The notes under the pieces: model-generated
Databases searched by the model: none
Seen by the model: the letters and a program-made list of their open reading frames with translations, nothing else
Told to the model about the DNA's origin: nothing
Source: Candidatus Methylomirabilia bacterium
Lineage (GTDB): Bacteria > Methylomirabilota > Methylomirabilia > Rokubacteriales > CSP1-6
Direction: 5' to 3'
DNA: 14,917 bases
Assembly: GCA_041496385.1 (NCBI GenBank)
Contig: JBGQEL010000105.1
Coordinates: forward strand, 1-14,917
Shown: in pieces, positions 7,027 through 14,084 of the stretch
Numbering within the stretch: the stretch's first letter is position 1
Layout of the letters: the number at the start of each line of letters is the position of its first letter
Translations under genes and position numbers: made by a program

Positions 7027-8496
7027 TCATCGACCTCCTGCCGCGCCGGCCGCGCGGTGAATCGGGAACGCCGGCGGGACGATGCGCTCGACCCCGTGAC
7101 CGTCCCAGCGCCAGCCGGGCACCCGGCTCCAGTAGTGCTCGGTCGCGGCGCGCGCCTTCGCATACACCGCCTCCTCGTCCCCGCGCGTCAGGCGGCCGCC
7201 CTGCACGAGGGTCTTGCCGTCGACGATCACCGTGTCCACGTCCCGGCCGCAGCCGAAGTCGACGAGCGCCTTGATGGGATCGGCGTAGAACGCCGAGCCG
7301 AGCTGGTCGAGCCGGATCAGCAAAATATCCGCGCGCGCGCCGGGCGCCAGCCGCCCGAGGTCGTCGCGCCGCAGGAACCGGCAGGCGCCGAGCGTGGCGG
7401 CGTTGAAGACGTCGCGCGGCAGCCCGACCTGATAGTTGGCGTCGGTGGTTCTCGCGAGCACCGAGGCCCAGCGCAGCTCCGCCACCATGTCCATCGGGTA
7501 CGTGTCGGTGCCGAGCGCCAGCGTCACGCCGGCGTCGAGGTAGCGCTGGAAGGAGTGCAGGGTCATGGCCATCTTCGCGTACTTGTACGGGCAGTGCCCG
7601 ACCGTGGCGCCGGTTTCCGCGAGCACGCGCAGGTCGTCGCCGAACGGATAGCGGGGCCAGGGGTGCGCGGTGGTGAACACCGCGTGGCCGAGGAGCGTCC
7701 GCTCGTCGAGGAAGCCGATGTCGGCCAGGAACCGGATCGGGGTCTTCCGGTGCTCGTCCATGATCCGCTGGAACTCGATCAGGTTGCCGCCCGCGTGCGT
7801 GTGGATCGGCACGTTCAGCTCGCGCGCCGCGTCCTTGCCGGCGCGCAGCAGCGGCTCGCTGCACGTCTCGACCTGCGCCGCGTTCAGCATGCCGCGCAGC
7901 CGCCCCCCCGCGGCGCCGTCGTACTGCTTGACGAACGCGACGGCCTCCTGCAGCCGCTGCACGCCGACGGCGACGTCCTCGTCGTAGTAGAGGCGCCCCT
8001 GCGCGTCCATGAAGGTGTCGCGGTCGCGGAAGGGCGGGCTGCCGTAGACTCGCACGCCGAGGTCGTCCACGAGGCGCGCGTACCCCTCCCAGTCCCCGCG
8101 CAGCCCGCCAACGTCGATGACGGTGGTCGTGCCGTTCTTCAGCGCGTGAAGGAACACGAATGCGCGAATGGCGGCGGCGGCCTCCGCCGGCGGGGGCGTC
8201 ATCTTGCCCTTGAGCGGCGCGGCGAAGCTCATGTAGTTCGCCGTCCGGTAGTCGTTCTTGGCCATGTCGAGCAGCAGGTAGTCGCCGCCGTTCCCGGCCG
8301 TGTGCACGTGGGTGTTGATGAACCCCGGCGACACGAGCATGCCGCGCGCCGAGACGCGGGCGTCGGCCGGGCCCGTGTAGCGCCCGCCGGCGTGCACGAT
8401 CCGGTCGTCCTCGAAGACGACGCTGCCCTCCTGATGGATCTCGTGGCTCCGGCCGTTGAACGCGACCACCCAGCCACCCTCGATGAGCGTCCTCAT
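7027..8496 (-). CDS. Metal-dependent amidohydrolase (AtzA/SsnA/MtaD-like deaminase-chlorohydrolase group)
   Basis: 489 aa with PGFINTHVH (HxH), LKNGTTT, IHTH, LLGHA, ALGTD, ATLGA and [28 protein letters not shown]. Confidence 0.92.
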   Translation of the reverse strand: MRTLIEGGWVVAFNGRSHEIHQEGSVVFEDDRIVHAGGRYTGPADARVSARGMLVSPGFINTHVHTAGNGGDYLLLDMAKNDYRTANYMSFAAPLKGKMTPPPAEAAAAIRAFVFLHALKNGTTTVIDVGGLRGDWEGYARLVDDLGVRVYGSPPFRDRDTFMDAQGRLYYDEDVAVGVQRLQEAVAFVKQYDGAAGGRLRGMLNAAQVETCSEPLLRAGKDAARELNVPIHTHAGGNLIEFQRIMDEHRKTPIRFLADIGFLDERTLLGHAVFTTAHPWPRYPFGDDLRVLAETGATVGHCPYKYAKMAMTLHSFQRYLDAGVTLALGTDTYPMDMVAELRWASVLARTTDANYQVGLPRDVFNAATLGACRFLRRDDLGRLAPGARADILLIRLDQLGSAFYADPIKALVDFGCGRDVDTVIVDGKTLVQGGRLTRGDEEAVYAKARAATEHYWSRVPGWRWDGHGVERIVPPAFPIHRAAGAAGGR

Positions 8497-8568
8497 GCCC
8501 TGACCTCCCCCTCTGTCGCGCGCGTGTCGTCTCTCCCTGCGGGAGCGCGGGTGCCCCGCGCCCCGCGC

Positions 8569-8578
8569 ATGCTAGCCT
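8569..8578. promoter_or_regulatory. Candidate overlapping divergent -10 elements
   Basis: The plus strand has TGc-TAGCCT (8570-8578, extended -10-like) facing the binding-protein gene. The minus strand has TAGCAT (8574-8569) facing the amidohydrolase. Confidence 0.3.
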
Positions 8579-8627
8579 GAGGAGGCATGCGCCGCAATCA
8601 ACCCGTCCCCTTGCCGGAGGAGCGACC

Positions 8628-10172
8628 ATGACGAATCGACGGCGGCTCGCGCTCGGCTGCGCGCTCGCGTGCGCCCTGATCGCGGGTGGTCTCACGCGGG
8701 AGTCCGCCGGCCAGTCCAGGCCCGAAGGCGAGATGCGCTGGGCGCTCTACGTGACGCTGTCGCCCGTCTGGTTCGATCCGGGCGAGGTCGTGGGCCAGCT
8801 CACGCCCTTCTGGGTCCTGTACGCGCTGCACGACGCCCTGGTCAAGCCCATGCCGGGCAACCTCATGGCGCCGAGCCTGGCGGAGTCGTGGACGGTGAGC
8901 GCGGACCAGCGCGTCTACGAGTTCAAGCTCCGCGAGGAATTGAAGTTCCACAACGGCGATCCCTTCACGGCCGACGACGTGCGATTCAGCTTTCACCGCG
9001 CCAAGGGGTCCAGGGTCCTGCACGAGAAGGTCCAGGAGGTGATGATCGTCGATCCCTACCGCGTGCGCTTCCGCCTGAAGGAGCCCTGGCCCGACTTCAT
9101 GGCCTTCTACGGCACGATGGTGACCGGCGCCGGCTGGATCGTGCCCAAGGCGTACGTCGAGCGCGTGGGCAACGACGGCTTCAGGAAGCAGCCCGTGGGC
9201 CTCGGCCCCTACAAGTTCGTCAGCAACACGCCGGGCATCGAGCTGGTCATGGAAGCCTTCGAGGGCTACTGGCGCAAGGTGCCGTCCGTGAAGCGCCTCG
9301 TCTTCAAGAGCGTTCCGGAGTCCAACACGCGGCTGGCCATGCTCAAGCGGGGCGAGGTGGACGTCGCCTACCTCCTGGAGGTTCCGCAGGCGCAGGAGGT
9401 GAAGCGCGACCCCACGCTGAAGCTCGCGTTCTCCGGCGGCATCGCGACCTGGTTCCTGGACTTCCTCGAGCAGTGGGACCCGAAGTCGCCGTGGGCCGAC
9501 CGGCGCGTGCGGCTGGCCGCCAACTACGCGATCGACCGCCAGGCGCTGAGCGACGCGGAGACGCTCGGCGCCTCCAGGCCCGCCGGCAACCATGTGCCGC
9601 GGAGCTTCGAGTTCGCGCTGCCGCTCGATCCGTATCCCTACGATCCCGCCCGGGCCAAGCGGCTGCTCGCGGAGGCCGGCTTCCCCAACGGCTTCGACGC
9701 CGGCGAGCTGCACCAGCTCCCACCGTACTTCTCGCTCGGCGAGGCGATCGTCAACTACTTCCAGGCCGTCGGCATCCGGCTCCGGATGCGGCCGATGGAG
9801 CGCGCCGCGTACTTCGCGCTCATCCAGTCGAAGAAGGCCAAGGGTGTGTGCGTCTGCACGAGCTCGCTCTACGGCAACGCGGCCTCGCGCATGTCGGAGG
9901 TGATCCCGAGCGACGGCGCGTGGGCCTACGGCGGCTACCCCGACATCGACGCGCTCTACAAGCAGCAGTCGCTCGAGACGGACAGGAAGAAGCGCGAGGC
10001 GCTGCTGCACCAGATCCAGCGGCTCGTCTACGAGCGCGTGCGCTACGGTCCCATCTTCGAGTACGTCTGGCCGAGCGGCATCGGGCCGCGCGTGGCCGAG
10101 CCCGCGCTGATGCTGATCGACCCCTACCCCTGGTCGGCGCCGCTCGAGGACGTGCGCCTCAAGAAGAACTGA
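8628..10172 (+). CDS. ABC transporter substrate-binding protein, family 5 (DppA/OppA-like), with no adjacent permease
   Basis: 514 aa with a signal peptide, PSLAESWTVS, YEFKLREELKFHNGDPFTADDVRFS, PVGLGPYKF, DRRVRLAANYAIDR and YDPARAKRLLAEAG. RBS GGAGGAG. Confidence 0.94.
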   Translation: MTNRRRLALGCALACALIAGGLTRESAGQSRPEGEMRWALYVTLSPVWFDPGEVVGQLTPFWVLYALHDALVKPMPGNLMAPSLAESWTVSADQRVYEFKLREELKFHNGDPFTADDVRFSFHRAKGSRVLHEKVQEVMIVDPYRVRFRLKEPWPDFMAFYGTMVTGAGWIVPKAYVERVGNDGFRKQPVGLGPYKFVSNTPGIELVMEAFEGYWRKVPSVKRLVFKSVPESNTRLAMLKRGEVDVAYLLEVPQAQEVKRDPTLKLAFSGGIATWFLDFLEQWDPKSPWADRRVRLAANYAIDRQALSDAETLGASRPAGNHVPRSFEFALPLDPYPYDPARAKRLLAEAGFPNGFDAGELHQLPPYFSLGEAIVNYFQAVGIRLRMRPMERAAYFALIQSKKAKGVCVCTSSLYGNAASRMSEVIPSDGAWAYGGYPDIDALYKQQSLETDRKKREALLHQIQRLVYERVRYGPIFEYVWPSGIGPRVAEPALMLIDPYPWSAPLEDVRLKKN

Positions 10173-10175
10173 TCG

Positions 10176-12371
10176 GTGAAGAGCCGCCTCGCGCTGCTCG
10201 TCGCCGCGGCGGCCGTCGTGCTGCCCTGGGGCGGGGCCGCGGCGCAGCTCGCCATCGGATTCGAGCCGGTCGCGTCGGGGCTCAGCCTGCCCATCGGCAT
10301 CAATCACGCGGGCGACGGCTCGCGCCGGCTCTTCATCGTGGAGCAGACCGGGCGCATCCGGATCCACGACGGCACCCAGCTCAAGGCCGCGGCGTTCCTG
10401 GACCTGAGCTCGCTCATCTCCTGCTGCGGCGAGCAAGGCCTTCTCGGCCTCGCCTTCCATCCCCACTACGCGATCAACGGGCTCTTCTACGTGAACTACA
10501 CGAACAAGGCCGGCAACACGGTCATCGCCCGCTACCACGTGTCGGGCGATCCCGACCTCGCCGACGCAGCGTCGGGCCAGATCCTCCTGCCGATCGCGCA
10601 GCCCTTCTCAAACCACAACGGCGGCCAGCTCGCGTTCGGGCCCGACGGCTTCCTCTACATCGGGATGGGCGACGGCGGCAGCGGGGGTGATCCCGACAAT
10701 CGTGCCCAGAACCTCGGCGACCTCCTCGGCAAGATGCTCCGCATCGACGTGGACGGCGCTGCGCCCTACGCGATCCCGACGGACAATCCGTTCAAGAACA
10801 CGCCGGGCGCGCGCGCTGAGATCTGGGCGTACGGCCTCCGCAACCCGTGGCGGTTCGGCTTCGATCGCCAGACCGGCGACCTCTTCATCGGGGACGTCGG
10901 CCAGAGCGCACGCGAAGAAATCAACTTCCAGCCGGCGGCGGGCCTCGGCGGCGAGAACTACGGCTGGCGCCTCATGGAGGGCACGATCTGCTTCAACCCG
11001 TCGAGCGGGTGCAACAACGGGACGCTGACGCTGCCCATCCTCGACTACGACCACGGGCTCGGCTGCGCGGTCATCGGCGGCTACCGCTACCGGGGCGGAC
11101 GCTTTCCTCAGCTCGTGGCGCGCTATTTCTATGGCGACTATTGCTCGGGCCGGATCTGGGGCGCGGTCTCGAGTGGCGCCACGTGGACGACGACCGAGCT
11201 GATCGATACGAGCCTCTCGATCACCGCCTTCGGCGAGGACGAGGCGGGCGAGCTCTACGTCGCGAACTACGGCAGCGGCACCAACGGCACGGTGCAGCGT
11301 CTCACCGAGACGAGCCAGTCCTTCGCGCTGACCGTCGGCCGCACCGGGGCCGGCACCGGCACCGTGGTCTCGGCCCCGGCGGGAATCAACTGCGGCGCCG
11401 CGTGCGTGGCCGTCTTCGGCAGCGGCGCCCTGGCGACGCTGACCGCGACGCCGGCCGCCAGCAGCCTCTTCACGGGCTGGAGCGGAAGCTGCAGCGGCAC
11501 CGGCGCGTGCATGGTGACGATGACGGGCGCCCGGAGCGTGACCGCAACCTTCACGCTCCGGACCCTCACGCTCACCGTCGCGATGGCCGGCGCCGGCAGC
11601 GGGACGGTCACCAGCACGCCCACCGGGATCGCCTGCCCCGTCACGTGCGCCTTCGGCTATCTCGCCGGCACCATGGTGACGCTCACCGCGAACCCCGCGC
11701 CCGGCTCGGTCTTCGGCGGCTGGAGCGGTGGCGGCTGCGCCGGGACGGGCACCTGTGTCGTCACGCTCGGGGCGGACACCACCCTGACCGCGACCTTTGT
11801 GCCCACGACCTTCACGCTATCGGTCACCGCCGTGGGCTCGGGCAGCGTGGGCAGCAACCCGGCCGGCATCGCCTGCGGCGTCGCGTGCGCGGCGGCCTTC
11901 GCTCCCGGCAGCGTGGTCACGCTGACCGCGACCGCGGCCGCCGGGGCGACCTTCTCGGGCTGGAGTGGTGCCTGCGCCGGCACGAGCGCGTTCTGCGTCG
12001 TGACCATGACGCAGGCGCGCTTGGTTACCGCGACGTTCGCGACGAGCGTCGGCGCGTTCGCCGACGATCCCCTGGCCGCCGGCGTCGTCGTCAAGATGGT
12101 GCACGTGACCGACCTCAGGGTGGCGATCGATCGCGAGCGCACGCGGCGGTCGCTCATGGCATTCACCTGGGCGGATCCGGTGCTCGTGGCGGGAGTGACG
12201 TCCGTGAAGGCGGCGCATCTGCTCGAGATGCGGACCGCGCTGAGCCAGGCGTACGAGGCGGCCCGCCGGACGTCACCGTCCTACACCGATCCCGCGATCG
12301 CCATCGGGCAGGCGCCGGTGCGCGCGGCGCACATCGCCGAGCTGCGCGCCGCCGTGCGCGCGCTCCAGTGA
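10176..12371 (+). CDS. Secreted PQQ-dependent glucose/sorbosone (aldose sugar) dehydrogenase family protein with three InlB-B-like repeats and a repeated C-terminal domain
   Basis: 731 aa with a GTG start 3 nt after the upstream stop and a signal peptide. Motifs: RLFIVEQTGRI, GEQGLLGLAFHP, NHNGGQLAFGPDGFLYIGMGDGG, GKMLRID, YGLRNPWR, EEIN, NYGW, YFYGDYCSG, AFGEDEAGELY. Confidence 0.92.
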   Translation: MKSRLALLVAAAAVVLPWGGAAAQLAIGFEPVASGLSLPIGINHAGDGSRRLFIVEQTGRIRIHDGTQLKAAAFLDLSSLISCCGEQGLLGLAFHPHYAINGLFYVNYTNKAGNTVIARYHVSGDPDLADAASGQILLPIAQPFSNHNGGQLAFGPDGFLYIGMGDGGSGGDPDNRAQNLGDLLGKMLRIDVDGAAPYAIPTDNPFKNTPGARAEIWAYGLRNPWRFGFDRQTGDLFIGDVGQSAREEINFQPAAGLGGENYGWRLMEGTICFNPSSGCNNGTLTLPILDYDHGLGCAVIGGYRYRGGRFPQLVARYFYGDYCSGRIWGAVSSGATWTTTELIDTSLSITAFGEDEAGELYVANYGSGTNGTVQRLTETSQSFALTVGRTGAGTGTVVSAPAGINCGAACVAVFGSGALATLTATPAASSLFTGWSGSCSGTGACMVTMTGARSVTATFTLRTLTLTVAMAGAGSGTVTSTPTGIACPVTCAFGYLAGTMVTLTANPAPGSVFGGWSGGGCAGTGTCVVTLGADTTLTATFVPTTFTLSVTAVGSGSVGSNPAGIACGVACAAAFAPGSVVTLTATAAAGATFSGWSGACAGTSAFCVVTMTQARLVTATFATSVGAFADDPLAAGVVVKMVHVTDLRVAIDRERTRRSLMAFTWADPVLVAGVTSVKAAHLLEMRTALSQAYEAARRTSPSYTDPAIAIGQAPVRAAHIAELRAAVRALQ
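11322..12038 (+). repeat. Three tandem ~78-aa divergent InlB B-repeat-like beta domains
   Basis: Each unit follows LxV..G[ST]G[ST]V.S.P.GI.C...C....G..vTLTA......F.GWSG..C.GT..C.VT......TATF, with four conserved Cys per unit. Confidence 0.85.
12057..12368 (+). repeat. Three imperfect ~35-aa repeats with a DP..G..V[KR]xxHxx[DE][LM]RxA motif
   Basis: FADDPLAAGVVVKMVHVTDLRVAI / WADPVLVAGVTSVKAAHLLEMRTAL / YTDPAIAIGQAPVRAAHIAELRAAV. Confidence 0.8.
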
Positions 12372-12392
12372 GCGTGCGCCCGAAGCCTCGGC

Positions 12393-13481
12393 TTACGCCA
12401 CCTGGTAGCGCTTGATCGCCGCCTGATCGAACGCGAGTCCGAGGCCGGGCTTCTTCGGCACGACGAGCTGACCGGCCTCGAGCGCGGGCGTCTCCTCGTA
12501 GAGCCGCAGCGTCCACGGCATGTACTCGACCGTGAGGCCGTTGGGGATCGCGGCGATCAGATGCACGTGGATCTCCGGAACGAGGTGACTCACCACGGGC
12601 AGGTTGAACGCCTCGGCCATGCCGGCGACCTTCATCCACTGGGTGATGCCGCCCACGCGCAGGAGGTCGACCATCACGATGTCGATCGCGCGCGCCTCGA
12701 GCAGGTGGCGAAAGGGCACGATGCCGTAGTGGTACTCGCCCGCCGCGATCGGCGTCGTCAGCGCGTCGGCGATGCGCGCGAGGCCCGTGTAGTCGTCGTG
12801 CGCGGTCGGGTCCTCGAGCCAGTAGAGATGATAGGGCTCGATGCGCCGGCCGACCTCGATCGCCTGGTTCACGCTCCAGAGCTGGTTGATGTCGCACATC
12901 AGATCGACGTCGGGGCCGATCGCCTCGCGCATGACGCGCACGCGCTCGATCGAGGCGGCCACCGTCGGCTCGCTCCCGCACTGCATCTTCATCTGGCGAA
13001 AGCCCATGTCGCGCAGACGCGGCCCGGCCTTGGCGAGGTAGTCGAGGGGATGCGGGCGTATGAGCGCGCCGCTCGCGTACGCCGGCGCGCGGTCGCGCAG
13101 GCCGCCGAGCAGCGCGCAGACGGATTGGCCGAGCGCCTTGCCCTTGAGATCCCAGCACGCCATGTCCACCGCCGAGAGCGCCAGCGAGAAGATCCCGCCG
13201 GGGCCCGAGCCCCCCGCGGCGCGCCGGCACTTGGCGGCGATCGCCTCGACCTGCGTCGGGTCGTCGCCGACGACGAGCCGGCCGAGCGCGTCCACCGCGG
13301 CCTTGAGCGCCGGCGTGAGCGCGCCGCCGAAGAACGTGAGGCCGAGACCGACCAGGCCCTGGTCGGTGCCCAGCTCGAGCGTGACGAACTCGCGGGTGTC
13401 CGTCGGCGCGGGCAGGCCGACGACGAGCGGGTTGTCCGCGGGAGTGCTCAGGACGCGCGTGGTGACGTGGGTGATCTTCAT
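12393..13481 (-). CDS. Mandelate racemase/muconate lactonizing enzyme (enolase superfamily, MR subgroup), probably an acid-sugar dehydratase
   Basis: 362 aa from the ATG at 13481 (MKITHV). It has ALSAVDMACWDLKGKALG, metal ligands MCD/WLED/AGE, an Asp-His dyad (MVDLL..VSHL) and VEY, and ends PGLGL. Confidence 0.92.
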   Translation of the reverse strand: MKITHVTTRVLSTPADNPLVVGLPAPTDTREFVTLELGTDQGLVGLGLTFFGGALTPALKAAVDALGRLVVGDDPTQVEAIAAKCRRAAGGSGPGGIFSLALSAVDMACWDLKGKALGQSVCALLGGLRDRAPAYASGALIRPHPLDYLAKAGPRLRDMGFRQMKMQCGSEPTVAASIERVRVMREAIGPDVDLMCDINQLWSVNQAIEVGRRIEPYHLYWLEDPTAHDDYTGLARIADALTTPIAAGEYHYGIVPFRHLLEARAIDIVMVDLLRVGGITQWMKVAGMAEAFNLPVVSHLVPEIHVHLIAAIPNGLTVEYMPWTLRLYEETPALEAGQLVVPKKPGLGLAFDQAAIKRYQVA

Positions 13482-13489
13482 GGGGGCGC

Positions 13490-13498
13490 ATCCTAGCA
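13490..13498 (-). promoter_or_regulatory. Extended -10 element (TGcTAGGAT) suggesting a near-leaderless transcript
   Basis: TG-c-TAGGAT ends 8 nt upstream of the ATG at 13481. There is no Shine-Dalgarno sequence in those 8 nt. Confidence 0.45.
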
Positions 13499-13523
13499 CG
13501 GAGGAGCGTGGGGCGGGATCGAG

Positions 13524-13564
13524 CGGCCGGGCCCCGCGCCCCGTAGGGGTCAAGGGCCCGGCCG
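13524..13564 (-). terminator. GC hairpin downstream of the small Pro-rich protein gene
   Basis: 11-bp perfect stem CGGCCGGGCCC (13524-13534) / GGGCCCGGCCG (13554-13564) with an inner CCCC-GTA-GGGG. No U-tract. Confidence 0.5.
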
Positions 13565-13583
13565 GAGTCAGCGGATCAGTGAA

Positions 13584-13973
13584 TCAGTGGCGGTCGTACC
13601 CGTAGGCGCGCCCGTGCCAGCCGTGGCCCCACGCCGGAGGAGCCGGGACGTAGCGCGCGCGGGACTGGTAGTACACGGGACCCGGGTACCGATGCACGAA
13701 CACCGGCCGCGGCGCCACCACGATCGGTGGCGGGACCACATAGACCGGCTGAGGTGCATAGACCGGCTGGCGTGCGTAGACCGGCTGAGGAGCGTAGACG
13801 GGCGGGGCGGCCACAACCGAACGCCCGAGCCCGAAGATGCCCGTCCCCGAAAGGATCTGGTTGAACACGGCAAAAGCGCCGAGGCCGAGGGCGGCGTCGG
13901 TGGACGAACCCGCCAGCGCCACTCCAGGCACCAGGAGCATCGCGATCAGGACTGCCGCAGCCGCGCGCTTCAT
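13584..13973 (-). CDS. Small exported Pro/Tyr-rich hypothetical protein
   Basis: 129 aa with a strong RBS AAGGAGG and a signal peptide MKRAAAAVLIAMLLVPGVALA. It continues with a hydrophobic Gly-rich segment (AALGLGAFAVFNQILSGTGIFG), PVYAPQ repeats and a His/Gly/Tyr/Trp-rich tail. Confidence 0.8.
   Translation of the reverse strand: MKRAAAAVLIAMLLVPGVALAGSSTDAALGLGAFAVFNQILSGTGIFGLGRSVVAAPPVYAPQPVYARQPVYAPQPVYVVPPPIVVAPRPVFVHRYPGPVYYQSRARYVPAPPAWGHGWHGRAYGYDRH
13741..13800. repeat. 18-bp coding tandem repeat (~3.3 copies)
   Basis: TAGACCGGCTGAGGTGCA / TAGACCGGCTGGCGTGCG / TAGACCGGCTGAGGAGCG / TAGACG, encoding (PVYAPQ/PVYARQ)n on the minus strand. Confidence 0.9.
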
Positions 13974-14013
13974 GGCGTTTCCTCCTTGTCGTGCTACTTG
14001 TGCTTCTGGTTCA

Positions 14014-14043
14014 TTAGACAGCCCCTGGAGGCCCTCTGTTTAC
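14014..14043 (-). promoter_or_regulatory. Candidate ECF sigma-type promoter for the small exported protein
   Basis: Minus strand GTAAAC (14043-14038), 17-nt spacer, TGTCTAA (14020-14014). This resembles the AAC...GTC/TCTAA architecture of ECF promoters. Confidence 0.35.
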
Positions 14044-14084
14044 CCCTCCCCACGCGCGGTAGACTGGCACGGCATGGCCTGGCG

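Noticed and set aside
7022..13491. Long same-strand alternative-frame ORFs (7022-8695, 8669-10690, 10847-12415, 12163-13491)
   Set aside because: Arg/Gly/Pro-rich out-of-frame translations typical of GC-rich DNA, fully overlapping real genes.
13741..13800. CRISPR-like repeats
   Set aside because: The 18-bp units are contiguous with no unique spacers, are in frame with a protein repeat, and no cas genes are present.
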